From NCBI GenBank assembly GCA_964187785.1, contig OZ076409.1, positions 14,882,001 to 14,946,000 on the forward strand: a stretch of 64,000 bases of DNA, read 5' to 3'. The notes beneath the pieces are model-generated. The model made no database searches. It was given only the letters and a program-made list of their open reading frames with translations, and had not been told where the DNA came from. Origin of the DNA: Amphiscolops sp. MND2022. Lineage: Eukaryota. Positions within the stretch are counted from its first letter, which is position 1. Each line of letters opens with the position of its first letter. Below, one piece after another: positions 25,301 through 38,700 of the stretch. Position numbers and translations under genes: made by a program.

Positions 25301-27001
25301 TCCGAAATCAAGCTCAGACTGAGTTACACAATGACACAGAGAATGACGTTTCTGAACTACAACAATTCCACAAACCTACACCGGTACTTTTCTCCTGCTC
25401 CTCAGGATACTTTAAAGACAATGCAAGAATCCGGTTTGTGCAGAATAATAACATAGTCCTCAGAAACCTGAGAGCAGAAACAGAAGGTAACTTTTTTGAC
25501 GATAATGAACTGGCATGAGACTACAGATACCAGCATTACCTACAAAACATAACACAAATAGAGATTAAACAGGAAGTTCTTACACGCAAATACTACACGG
25601 ACAATGGAAACATATCTCACTACCAAGTCTTTCTACCAATCCAACTCCTTGATGAATTTGTTCAGGCCCTGCGTGGTCACAATTCAAACCACCCAGGGAT
25701 CACAAAGATGATACAAGACGCAAGACAAAAATATTACTACCCATGTATAGCAAAATACATGAAAAAATAGGTCACTAACTGCCAAATCTGTATCCAAACA
25801 AAACAAATCAACAATGATCTCCTCAAGACAGAATTCCTTAATTGTCCAGAATGGGATCTTGGCCCAGAAGACCTTTTACAAATGGATATCTTACCCAACC
25901 TCCCACCTAGTGGAGATTATGACAACATCATCACGGCAAAAGATTTTTTCCAGATATCTGTTTGCTTACCCTGTACCACGCATCACTGCAACAGCAGTAT
26001 CAAGGGTAATTATGGATATATCATGCGAATACACATACCTACCAACAACGATAATCACGGATTTGGGAACTCAATTCAAAGCTCAAGTAACCCATGAAGT
26101 TGCAGCTGTGCTAGGAATTGAACTCAGATATCCAACAATGAAACATACCCAAACAATAGGACTCCTCGAAAGAACTCATTCCTCAGTCAAAACACACCTA
26201 AAAGCCGCAACAGGCGTATTTAGGAATACCTGGCATAAATACCTCCCATTGGCAGTCCTTAATCACAACACAACAAACTATACATCACTCGGTTGGAAGC
26301 CTTCACGGGTCTTCCATGGTAGAATACCGCACAATATCCTAGGCTATAAACTCGAATATAACCCTAATCCAAGATACCAACCGCAAGCAGATGTAGCGGA
26401 AGAAACTCAAAAATGAATGAAAACTCTTCCAGATCAAACTAAGAAGAACATCATGCAATCTTACTTTAAATACAAAGCCTTCTATGACCGAAAAGCGAAA
26501 GCAGCTCCGCTTGAAACGACGGATTACTGTTACATACTTAACCCAAAGGCTGATACACAAGCAACAAAAAAGCTATTTCGAGAAATCAGATGGCGCGGAC
26601 CATTTAAAGTAGAAAAAGTACTCCCTAACAATAACTACATTGTCCGGAGACTTGGAAATAATGAAACTGAGGACACTGATTATACCCCAATCAAAATGCC
26701 TGAAAATAGACGCCCACCGCCCGTGGATCTTCAAAAAATAGTGGGAAGAGCCCAGTGGAACAGACCACCGAACCATACAAAAACCATGCAAATTAAATTC
26801 CTCTACAAATCTCTGAAGATGACCATGATACCCAAAAAACTCAAAAAGAATCCAATAACCCATCAGAAGATGATTTTCAAAAACCACCAAAAAAATCCCA
26901 AAATTCCCCATTGCAAGAAGAACCCGTTAAGTACCCGTGGTGAAAAATACAACTTACGTCCCAATCCCAACCCAAACTATTCTGACTCACACAGATATTA
27001 A
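22337..27001 (+). pseudogene. pol: pol of element C, many stops and frameshifts
   Basis: LFDTGA, CKLDCSQAYH, QYVDD, MSDES, ITDLG, LLERTH, GPF, terminal KYNLRPNPNPNYSD. Confidence 0.92.
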
Positions 27002-27192
27002 GAAAACAATCGCAGAGGAAATTTGCTTTCCGTAATTACCTTCTCAATCTGCACTATAGTGTGCAGCTAAGCTTACTCGTTTACTTTTACTTGACTCACA
27101 TTGATCACATAGAGAAATATCTAGTGACAACTACTCAAACCAACATAAAACAAAAGAAACAAGTAAACATAAAGTTTCAAAGAGAGAAGCAA

Positions 27193-30100
27193 TCAGTTCT
27201 CCTTAGTTTTTGAAGATTTCTGACAAATCTTTTTCGAATCCTCTCCTTGCTCCGTCCTTGAGCACCGACTGGGGGAAACACTGACGCGTCCCAAAATAAG
27301 ATCAGGAGAAGGAGTACTATCGACACTACTAGTCCGGTTTTCACTAGGTGTAGTAGTGGAAGAAGTCACTGCAGGTCTCTCTAACCAGAGAACAGCCTTC
27401 CTGTACCCAGTCTCTAACTTCCCTTGTAATGTCATTCTCCGAGGAATACATCTTTTCAAGAATTTCCAGATTGAAAATTTTTTATCTGACAGCAGCTCCG
27501 CCCCTCGTCCCAAAAGACGAAAAACGCGACTAATAGCTCCAGCATCTCGAAATAAACTTGATACATGCGGCACCGATTAGTAGGAAATCTGCAGACTGAC
27601 CACACATGACACGAATGAGCTCTTATCGGACTCAAGAATATGATTCGGCACCTCAAAAATAGGGGAGACCTCCACTATTGGGGCAAGACATAAACATGAG
27701 TTTGAACAACTGTAACAGCTCAGGACGACACTGGACCTCATAGTGCGTAACAATGAATTGAATCCAATCGTCATAGTCAGGAACCGTCCCAGTACGTAGT
27801 TTGGATACGAACGACCGGTATTGACTGACAGCTTTTACTTTGTCACTTGCCGAAAATAAATCGACTGCCACAAAATGGATAGACAACTTCTCAATAGCAG
27901 ACACATAAACATCCTCAGGGCTCCCTACGATCACCGGAGAACAGCAGAAAGTCCTCTGAGTAAATCGGATTTTACAATATCATGCGTCATTAGCTGTTTA
28001 AAAAACGGCCTTGCAAAAACTCACAGATTGCTCTATAAGTTTGCCAGGGCGAGGCAGCTTACTAGACGATAATAATCCTCTTTCAGTATGAACTGATCTG
28101 CAGCTTTAAATGGTATTTCAGTAGAGTCCAAATCCAAAGCAAGAATGGAATTCCAGTCCGAAATGTTCCCTAGAGTGCTATCGGGCAAATTATTTTGCAA
28201 CTGAGAATAGGTAAACACGGCAAATTGACTGAAAAGGCGGAACCCGCTGTCGAGTCGCTTTTTAATCCCTGAGAAAGCAGAATCATCTGAAACACACCAA
28301 ACGATTACAAATAAAACGCCAATGTACAACAAAAGGAACTTATTCGTGGAATTAACCGACTAATACGAACAAACAATCATTTAATTGGATACAAGAAGTT
28401 AATGAACACCCAACAAGTTTTCTGTTCTAATGCGCTGGTTATGCTGCATTGCACTGATCGAGCAATGACAACTATACGTCACTAAGCGGTTCGAGGTGTG
28501 ACGACTATACGTCACTATGCGGTTAGAGGTGTGACGACTATACGTCACTATGCAGAAATGAGAATAAAAGTGTGCGGCAGTAGAAAGTGCCAGAAAATAG
28601 ACACAAATGCCACTGCAGGACGGAAAAAGAAATGACAACTACAAGTGTAAACGTTTTTGAAATCTGACTGAGAGGAAACTTTAGACTTATTCACAAAAGT
28701 AGGAACCCGATAGAATCTCCATCAAAAAATGTTGATACACAAATGCGAAGAGTTGTATCTGGAACTCCTAGTACTGGTTGAAACTGTCTTAAATGGAAAT
28801 CCCCAGAAGGTGAAATAACTAACAGTGATCAAGGACGCATCTGATGATGAACAATCTGGCAAGATAAGCCGTATTCAGCCGAAAACATTCGTCAAGTGTA
28901 TTGGGCTGAAAAAAATACGTAGGATAAGTGATAGCAAAACTAACTATACAAAATAATGTGAGTAGAGATAGTTACCTCTTCCAGGAGAAAGTCCAAAATT
29001 GTTCTGAAATCGTGACTCTCGATAATTTGGGCAGTCGTTGTAGCAAGGCTGCGCACGAATTCACTTGCGCCAAGTGAATTGCCAATCGATGGAGCTTTTT
29101 AGTCCCAGATAAACGAGAACTTAGACACTCATAAAGTTCATCTTCAAATCCAATTAAAGAAACGCAGAATGGGAGTTCTTCAAAGAAGAGACTGAGGAAA
29201 GTAGCCATGAGAAAAAGGATCTTTCGTGGTAACAACAGTCCTCTCGGTGCCCCGCCGATGCAAACTCGGTGCCTTGTACTTTCTATCCAAAAGCAGAGAA
29301 TGACGTAAGATGCTGTGGTTGTGTGCTGTACAGCAAGAGAAAAATAGCCAGAGGACGACATGGCCTTGACACAGTAGTCCATTAGTTCTCGGAACAGGTA
29401 AACCAAAGTTCCCTGTAAATGGCGAGAGTGTTAAAATTTTATCTAATTGACTAATGTTCACAAAAAACATGGTGCTAATATCACTTAAGGATTCAAAAGA
29501 AAAAGAGAATTTTCAACTTAGCAGAAGAAAATTGTACAAAAAACGGGACTTACAAAGATACGCTGCTGACTCCAATTTTGCACAGACAGGCAGTCACTTG
29601 ATGTTAAACGGACTAGTTCATCGTACATCCCTGTCAGACTGGCTATGTTTCTTCCATATCTTAACCCAAACTCCAGGGTGTTGATCTGTGATAGTATCCT
29701 CTCCGTTGGACTGGTAGTCACACTGAAGTCCGGAATCGACTGCTGTCCTACAAGTGACCGGTGAGAATCAAGCTGAAGTGGTATGGGATCATTATTCTTC
29801 GCTTCCTTTTTCGCACCCTGTAGTGCAACACCAAGCAATTCTTTTTCGTCCCGGCCATAGAGAGTCATCCCCGGTATCTCCAGTCTTATGCGATGCTCTC
29901 TGATCAAGTGGGAGTCAAAGCAATAATGGGAGAAGAACTTCAAGCTTCCGCGATTCATGAAAGACAGCTCAACCTCACAGACACGGCACCTTTTGCACGG
30001 AGTCTTGTCTTTAACTAGGGGTCCTGTTGCTGGAAACTTCAAGACAGGGTGTCGCTTAAACATGCTTCCAGTCAAGGAGTCTTTTGGTCGTCTTCGTTTC

Positions 30101-30870
30101 CCTCTAGCCATTGTAGAGCCTTCATCAACCCCATGGGGAACGATGTCAGTGCTGGTATTGGCAACCATTTCTTCTTGGCTAGAGGTTGTTGCTAAAGTGG
30201 TGGGGATAACATCGTCTACGACCGTAAGAGACAAAGGTTGAGAGAGATCAGCATCAACTCCAGTGACGAATGACTGAGGGATCCTGCCGAGAACATTGCC
30301 TGCCTGGTAATGCTAAGGCTTGGGAGAGTAGTCACTGGATAAATAATCTCATTCGGAAGAACTTCGGTAGAAGGTGGATTCTTTATACAACCCTGAATAA
30401 TAGGATTATTTGGCACTTGTGTAGAGGAACTACCTTGAGCATGGAGTGAGTTGTCGTGCTGCCGGATTAACTGGCCAAACCGTGGCGATGGAGCTTGAGA
30501 AACATCAGGAGGATCCAAACTCCCAGGAAGGTCTTGGGCAAAGTCACCCAATGATGTCTCCATAGGTTTGGCAATGGCAGAAGATCCAGTAGCAACTGGA
30601 CTGGTCCTAGATGGTCAATTTTCTTTAGGAGGTTCATTTAGTTCGTGTCTTTCGCCAGGAGAGCTTGGGAGAGCAGGTGGCGGTGATGTTCCAACTGTTA
30701 TTTCTTCAACAATCCGTGAAGGGGCATCAACAGGAGAGTCTCCAACTCCAATAGGCTTCAATAAATGAGGCGTTCCGACTTTTAATGAAGTATAAACCTT
30801 TCGAGTGAACTAGAAGGCGTGACCTGAGCCAATCCTTGTCCAACAAAAACAAATTATCTGTTGTCTGAAT
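27193..30870 (-). pseudogene. Antisense spliced Zn-finger / hAT-transposase-like gene of element C (decayed)
   Basis: Finger remnant RCRVCEVELSFMNRGSLKFFSHYCFDSH; LFRELMD..SGYFSLAVQ..LCFW; PELLQLFKL..SC; GT-AG intron 29553-29413. Colinear with the 55262-59533 gene of D. Confidence 0.78.
28466..28556 (+). repeat. 3 x 33-bp tandem repeat (GACGACTATACGTCACTATGCGGTTAGAGGTGT) within the antisense gene of C, probably intronic
   Basis: Three consecutive units visible. Confidence 0.85.
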
Positions 30871-31589
30871 AGAAAGAGAACGAATCTTGCAAGCGAAAAC
30901 GTTTTACTACTACCTCAAACTGGACGCGGGACAAGAAAGAAAAAGAAAACGGAAGTAGCTTAGAAGTTAGGAACGGAAACGTTTCGAAAAATTTCGAATC
31001 TGGCATAGATATCATACTAGCCATTTTCAATCTGCAGGCCTAGCCACCCTATTCGACAGACAAAACATATTAGAATACAAAAAAAATGAACTAAATACGA
31101 AATGAAACATGTTGGACTGACGGGATGAGAGTTCAGGTAGGATATCTGTACCCTAGAAATCGTCGTGACGGTGTGGAGCTTGGTCTTTTTGAGACCTACG
31201 TTTCCCTGAAGGACTTGTTTACTTGTACAAAAGTAAATTAAAAGGGGAATTTTAAGATAAAGAATAAGATAAACGAATGGGAAACAACTGGGTAGGAGAT
31301 TATGCAAAAGGATTGAATCTGCAAAGACTAAAATTTGACTAAATTACTGGAATTGACTGAAAACAGTTACTATAAATACCAAGGAAAGTCGATGCTCGGC
31401 GTTAAGAAGAAAGGCAAGAAGCAAATGAGACAGTTTTGCGCAAGTTAGCGAAGAAAATACTCGAATCTGATTGGTTGATTAAATATCAATCACTTCTGCC
31501 AGCGTGATTGATTGACTCATTCCAAAATTTGGAACTGATGCAGTTGTGATACTATTATACACGAAAGTATGCCTCATTTTGCGGAATTA

Positions 31590-31830
31590 CAACAGATAGT
31601 ATGCGGCAGTATGCAGATTTACAGCAAAGACTACGCGGCAGTATGCGGATTGACCAGTAACAAGTATGCGGCAGTACACGGATTGACTAGCAACGAGTAT
31701 GCAGCAGTATGCGGATTGGCTAGTAACGAGTATGCGGCAAGATGCGGATTGACTAGTAACGAGTAGGCGGCAGTATGCAGATCTACAACAAAGAGTATGC
31801 GGTAGTATGCGGATCGATTAGTGACGCATA
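31590..31830 (+). repeat. ~7 x 33-bp tandem repeat (GAGTATGCGGCAGTATGCGGATTGACTAGTAAC-like)
   Basis: Periodic units; the translation repeats YAAVCGLTSNE. Confidence 0.9.
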
Positions 31831-32599
31831 CTCGTCACCATGTGGTTTTCACTACATGCACACGAAGAGATGAATTAGTGCTGCCAATGACTAAAAACGA
31901 GTAATGGAGCTTCATTATGCAATAGAACTGAAGAAGCTACGTATTCATTGCTACAAAAGACATGTGATACTGCTGATATGATGCATATGTGTGTGTTAAG
32001 CAAAGTAAAGAACCGAAATTTGGATGAAACTGGTTTAGATGAAACTTTCCTTGAGCTTCTGGCTTTTCCTTAATTCAGTCATGTAGTTTTGAACAAGTAC
32101 ATTTAGATTTTTTCTTTCGATGTGAAATTTCAGAAGTTAAGTTTCCGTTTTATTGAATCGGAGTTAGGTTAAAGTTGTTTACATGTCATTTGGATATTGG
32201 TGAAATGCTGTGAAATAAGAGAATAAGGTAAAATTCGTTGAAGTGCTAAATAAAACACCTTTTATGGGAATTGTTTCCAATCTACTGTGATTCAAACTCG
32301 TGACAAGAGTCTCCACAAAACCCTTATAAGGGCGATGAGGAAATCAAAAATCATGACATTCAGTTTTTCCGAGGAGTCCCACCAGAGACGAAAGAAAAGG
32401 AAAAACTCATCACCATATGGTCTTTACCTCAATCAAAAATCAGTTGATTTTGTTATCACAAACGTTTCTGTAAAATAATCCACCGCAGAATTAATCACTG
32501 AAAATCATAACCTAACCTGAAGCCAAAGATAATAATCTCCGAGTAAAGATGAACAACTCGCAATTCGACATAGACGAGATGTTCAACTACCTAAGATCC

Positions 32600-33500
32600 T
32601 CTCTATAATTGACGTGTCGAGCGAGTCTGGCAAAAAATTCATAGTGGAGCCAGGAAACGTGCAAGAATTGGACGAGAGGTTTCGAATCGGAGGCCCCAGT
32701 ACAGACGCCTTGTCAGCCTTTGCGAGGGCGGCAGCAGCAGCAACCCTTTTCCGTCCCACTCGCTTTCTCACCAATCGCAAGACGTCACTGTCACTTCGGG
32801 ATCCCAGATCGAGGGGCAATTATTAGAGTTAATCGACGAATATCAAAGTCACCAATCAATCTCCCCAACATCGTTCATCGATACCGAGTTTGAGGAGTCT
32901 CCAGATTCGCCTGACGACAAAGGTATGGAGAATAGCTTCTCAATGAACAGCTACGGTAGGCCCTCTGCTGCGATCTTGCCGACTCCAAGAGGAAGAGGCT
33001 GGGGTAGGGGTCTGGTCTCCGGTCCAATGCCTACCTATCCACCTCGTTTTAGATCGGGATTAAGTAATTTTAATGTGATAGGAGAAAATATGCAATAAAT
33101 ACAAATGGACATTTTCAAAAACAGATACATCATTACTCAAAATGAACCAACAGTGACCAATCCAGCCATGTCAACGGTCAACATTACTAACCCCGCGCAG
33201 CTGATGATACAGATCCCGCCATTCATGCCAAGCTTTTTCAAAGGTTCCAGGCGGCCATCCAGTTCAACCGTTGCCACAGGAAGTGTACTCGGTACAGATT
33301 ACTCACAGCACGAGTGTGCGCTTGCTAGACGCGAGCTAAAGGAACTTGTACAGATTGTCACCCACTGTGATGCCGAACGTTGCCGGATTCTGTAACTGGT
33401 GTGGTAGAACGTAGAATGAATTTGGTCTGGAGATGCTAGGAGAGTATCTTCTAGCGATGGCGTACGATGCTGAGACCGTAAGAGACCGAAATGTGCGACT
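32600..33500 (+). pseudogene. Decayed accessory sense ORF of C, homologous to ORF 53441-54220 of D
   Basis: Frame at 33385 reads GFCNWCGRT*NEFGLEMLGEYLLAMAYDAETVRDRNVR. It aligns without gaps to TGCMVCGHSADAIKREKVDWYVSRTKSRDEPEYITQIR (C, C, G, E, Y, E, R identical). Confidence 0.6.
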
Positions 33501-35356
33501 CGAAAATGCTATTTCGTTAAACGAATGCTAAATTTACGCTGAACGCGAAAGCCCAATTTGCATGAAGTTTTAACGCTCCTCTTTGTTCCTGATTTCCACC
33601 GAATGATGAAAAATTTCTGTCAACTATGCAACTGTCATTTATGCAACGAAGCAATTCGAAAACTCGCATTCATGACGTGTTTGGTGGTAAAGCGTGACTT
33701 GACAGTAACGTAGAATTAACAAAGAAAGGACAAAATCAAAACGTCGAAGAAGTTAACGGAAGTTTGAAAAACAGGCGTTTTCTGACCAAACAGCATGATG
33801 TCGCAACCCAGGAATTGCGTGGGACCCGTGGTGCAGCCATAGTGCAGACAAACAGTCCAACAACCACGACAAACTCTAAAAGCTGAAATGTGGCCCCAAA
33901 ACTTAAACTGATGAACTGACATTTTATTTTGTCTCCTATTTGTTTCATAATGAAGTTTTGTGAATATAATACTTAAATTTTGTTTGCTCTAAATGAAACC
34001 CTCCCTGATGTGCTACTGTACCCTAAAAGTTCATTGAGAGCCTTCGTTAGCTCGTACAATGAATCACCCCATTGTCGAATAAAACAACTTGGAAGCTTTA
34101 ATACATTTGAAATTGTCCCCATATAGTTACCTGTATCTTGGCATGGTACCACTATGCGGTATCATGCGGATCCAGGAGTGGCATATACTCGTCACTATGC
34201 GGATTTGTCAATTTCACTATGCAGCATTATACGTTTCGGGGTGTGACACATACTCGTCACAATGCGCTTTTGTTGGGGACATTATGGGGCATCCTGCGTA
34301 ACGAGTAGTGACGTATACTCGTCACTATGCGTTTTCTGCAGGACCATCTATACAATGTGAATATGTGAACTAGTGCTATTGGAAACCATCCCAAATACAT
34401 TCTGTAAGTTATCCTAAGCATTTTCCAGGGTTCTTTAGTCCATTTTTAATCATATTTTGAATGTCATGTAATTGAGCTCATGTTATAAATAGAATGACGT
34501 TATTTTGACGCAATTCTATTTTTACCAGTTCCCAGCGATGACTCTGAGAAAAAAAGAGTGTCAATTTTTCTTTTTTTGGAGCTATTTTATAGTAGATTGA
34601 AACACTAGATCATTCAAATCTCAAACGTCAGCAAGTGCAGTTGTTTTTTCTACACGACTGTAAACCTTTGATAACCTTGTCAGACTCTCTGATCTTGTTC
34701 TTTTCGAGTATACAAGAAAATTCAAATTCTTCCTAGAAAACCTGAAACTATTTTTTCACCTGGAGCAATATGGGAAACAGACGTAATAGACAGTCTAGAA
34801 AATTAGAAACCCCTTCACCAGATAGAGAAGTAGAAGTAACTCAAGTAGAAACACCCAATACAGGTAATGAAACTTTGACTAATTTTAATACTGTAGTTCA
34901 AGAAAGTTTATGTGAAAACAACTTAGAGAACCAGCTGCAACTTAGAGAACCAACTGAACCGAGTCAGATAAGCAACGAAACTCGAAAGTTTGGACCCAAA
35001 TTATGGAGCAAAAGAACAACGATAGGATTGAAAAAATGAGTGAAGAAATGGAGACAAAAGTCGAAGCAATCTTAAAGGAAAAAAAGTCTAACAAAAGCTC
35101 ATCAACAGTAAAAAATCCGAGGTCAGAAACCAATGAAATGCAATGTCAACAGCTGTCGGGATCCAAAACAATTAATTTTATAGGAGTTCGCGCATCTAAC
35201 AACGAGAACTCAGACTCTGAAAACGATGATTATCCTCTTAGAGCATCAAAAATGAAATTTTTAAAACATCCTGCGAAACCATTATTCCAAAACAAATCAG
35301 ATATAGGTGTAACAATACTTTCTAACGAAGAATCAGATGAAAAGGATTATCCCACA
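33500..35356 (+). repeat. 3' LTR of C (shared portion), containing the gag 5' fragment 34770-35359
   Basis: Second copy of 19417-21255; ends ...CCACA with no PBS after it. Confidence 0.88.
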
Positions 35357-35899
35357 TGAACATTTGCCGGCGCACTTGAACCGCTCAATCTTCAATTCGA
35401 CTAAAACATGCGGGATAAAGTAGCAATTGAATTTATCCGAGATAATTTTGTCACAAAAGAAAGGTGGCCTAAGCTTGGTTTTGGAATCTTCTGAAAGCTA
35501 TAGACATAACACAGAGAGCAGAGACCCCCACCTATGCTGAACTACAGCAAGGACAGCAAAAAAAGTGAAAGGTGATTCCAAACAAGGTTTAGCAACAACA
35601 AGAAGAACTCAAAAAACTGCTGTGAGTTGAACTTTGGAACTACTTTGATTATTTAAAACCTCCGAACTAATTCATTGTCTTCGTTGGAAAAGACGGCAGT
35701 TATTGTTTTTCAAGAGAAATGTCAATTGTACTTGAGTTGTTGGTTAGTCCCTTTGTCTTCAAAATGTGAGTTTCAGATCTTTGTTTTGCCTATGTAATCT
35801 TCGTGGCTAAATGGTTTTCACACTTTTGCGGGTAGTGACTAACTTTGTAATCGGTTTCTTGGTTATGCTCATCCCATCCTTTTGCTGGCAAAAACAACG

Positions 35900-38700
35900 A
35901 TTACTGGCAAGAACCAATAGACTGGCCGCACGTAAGATCCTCTTTGGATCAAGATCTCGATCAACTGATTTGGTCAATTGTTTGAAACAATTTAAAGATC
36001 ATGGCCATTGACAATCATCAGCTATGTGATGACTCCTTGAAGGAAAACGACGTCTCCTTTCTGCAAGTTCTGTTGTTCTTCTGACCACGTCTGTCGTTGC
36101 TCGAGCGGTGTTAGGTATTCCTTAGTCCAACACTTTCATAGCGATTTGTCGTTGATGGAATTCTCAGACAAGCGACAAGCCTGCTGACTTGGGTAGGCCA
36201 GTGATGGGAACTGCTAGTAATAGACGTCCGATAAGAGGATGATCTGGTGTGAGGATAGACAGTTCGTTGGGGGCGTTGTCTGGACCTGTATGCGCACGAG
36301 AACTCAGTACGCTTTCGATCTGGTTCAACATTTTTGTCGATTCGCTGAGGAGTAATGTGGTTGTTCTAGTTTTATTCATCAGATGATATTTCATGGGTTT
36401 GATTGCTACTTCCCACACGCCACCGGATTGAAGAGATTGTGGTAGTATCAAGAGATCCCAAATTTTGGGACAAGCAACAATGGGCTTCAGAGCGTCGTTG
36501 ATCTTCTGTTCTGTTGGTATTCTTAGCAGTTCAAGTTCAGTATGGCTTCTCGTGTACGTGTACGGCACCTTCTGCAGGAATCAACTTCATTGAGCAGAAG
36601 TGTGTTGTGAGCGACTAAATTGGCACTGAAGCCAAATTTCCGATTACAACTCAACCGCACAGAGAATCATGGTAGGCGATGTTGCTGTTTTCTTTGATTC
36701 GGGCGTTCAACATAGTGGTTTCGTAGAGCTCCAATCCAATTTCGAGGTCAATTTCTGATGATGTGTTGGATATTGGATCACCAAGTCTGAGGTTTCGGAG
36801 ATGCTTCAAAAGATTTCTGAGTTCTTGGATGAAGGCAGACATTTGTGAGCTTTGAAACTACAAATGCTTGCTATATAATGACTGTTTTTGTTCTTGAGGA
36901 GGTGCGATGCAGTAGCTGACTTTTGACGCCCAGACTACCGACCAAAAGTTCGCGTATGATGTTTTTCAGCGATAAACATAGACGCCTGACTAGACTATCA
37001 GTGATCAGGCTAGTTCGAGAACCTGAATCCAAACGTGCTCGGCAATAGGTGGTTTCACTAATTGCCAAGAGGGAAATCATAGCTGTTTTTTTTGTAGAAG
37101 TGTTTCCTGTTCTTTGTTGACAAAATGAGGAGGCGACGACTAGCTCCTCTGGAGGCGACTGCGCTGCCGCACTTAGAGCTTCTTCAGTATCTCTGTTAAT
37201 TTTGTCTAACTCCATTGTTTACGGATCGGAATGACCGTGAGGACTGTAGATGACGAAGTGTTTGTTGCTTCAAGTTTCATTGACAGCAGTTCGTTTCTCT
37301 GTAGTTGACGTTGGCCTGTTTTCAAGCAGTTGAAGCAAAATGTTGTTCAACTTGATGACTTCTGCTGAATTAGAAAGAGTGAGATCCATGCATTTGGTGC
37401 AGAGATTTAGCTTGTGAGTGTCATTGGAACACTCGCCTTGGAATTCGAATATTGAGACATTGATGTTGTAGCTGCGTTGTGATGGTTGTGGTTGTTGAAG
37501 ATTGTTCTAACGAGTCGAAAAGCGGGGTTCTGTTGGAGTGGTCGACGTTGAGGCAGCGGCTTCCAGGGCTAACAAATTCCATCAAGAAATTTCATGTTGA
37601 CGTCTTAGATCTCAGGTTTTGTTTCAATAATTGAAAACTGCTTTTTTCTTCTGGGAAGGTCTAAGCTAAGACGGAGAAAGTCGTGTTTTTGACTGACTGA
37701 CTCATATTTACAATGTCTAGGTTCTGGTCTTCCACTGCATCCAAATGATGACGAAGCTCTTATGCTGTTTTCTTGTTTCTGTGTGGGTGGCGTCTGGACA
37801 ATACTTGCGTATATATGAGAGCGCATCGTCACTTGATTGTTTTGATAGTAACTTTGCAAAATCTTCAAAGTGATTGCGTAGTTGGTATTAGTAGTTGTAA
37901 CCAATGATATATACTCCGCTGCATCGCCCTGTAGAGTCGCTTTGAGATTTTGCACATTCTCACTATCGCGAACTTCTCCTTTGAAGAGGTCAGCAAAAAC
38001 AGTCCAGGTGAGGTTATCTTCAGAAAATGTCGGCAGATCCTGGTTGAATAATTTTTGTTCCGCCTATGAGAGCCTATCAAAACTCTTTTGTGTTCAAATC
38101 TGAATAAAATGGCCACTTTTGTTTTTCTATTCACCGCAATTATCGAATCAATGAAAAGTTTAATAACCAAACTGGAACAGTAAATTTTTTTCCAAAATGA
38201 CAACCTTTTTAAATAGATACCAAGTTTTTCATGACTTTTCGAAGAGTGGGTTGATTCAATCAAAAATTGAGTCATCTGGATGACACACTCCCGTCATGTC
38301 TTCTGAATGAGCAAACTTTCTGTGAACAGTTTGACAATTTAACTATCTCATCAACTTCAAGGCATCTATTTTGAGTTTTTCGGTTAGTCATTGTTCGGTT
38401 CTAACAAAAACTGCTCAGTCGACCTTGATAAACAAGTCTTGACTTCATTCTTTGCTGCAAATTCAACTTCGTCATCTCTCACTTATCCATCTCGTCCAGA
38501 TTATACTTCTCGAATTCTTCCCAACTTCCAACGTCCATTAACTGTATTTTGGTCCTCAACTAACACTACATCATCCATTTGAATGTTCATGTGGGTATAA
38601 CGCCAGTTTTTGTAAAAATGTCTGTGACAGGAAATATCCGTTGCCATTTCATCCAAAAGCTGTCCAAAGCGTTTTCGGCGAGGTTGTCAAGGGTCAAGTT
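35900..38700 (-). mobile_element. Highly degraded BEL/Pao LTR retrotransposon fragments
   Basis: LKATLQGDAAEYIS..TNTNYAITLKILQ (Pao gag); CRARLDSGSRTSLIT (PR); GGVWEVAIK..LNQIESVLSSR..LTPDHPLIG (IN). C-terminal DDVVLVED..RWKLGRI near 38500 and WTKEYL..LQKGDVV near 36100. RT is not evident. Confidence 0.8.

Larger units (their letters stand above)
19417..35356 (+). mobile_element. Decayed Ty3/Gypsy element C (~16 kb) with antisense gene and accessory ORF
   Basis: Direct repeats 19417-21255 and 33500-35356 flank gag-pol fragments that are clearly homologous to pol of A and D. Confidence 0.9.

Noticed and set aside
33492..33499. TGTGCGAC as the start of the 3' LTR of C
   Set aside because: It is not matched in the 5' copy and lies within the coding remnant (N-V-R) of the accessory ORF.
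35351..38595. 14-bp inverted match CCCACATGAACATT (35351 / 38582)
   Set aside because: Several matches of this length are expected by chance in 64 kb; no supporting structure.
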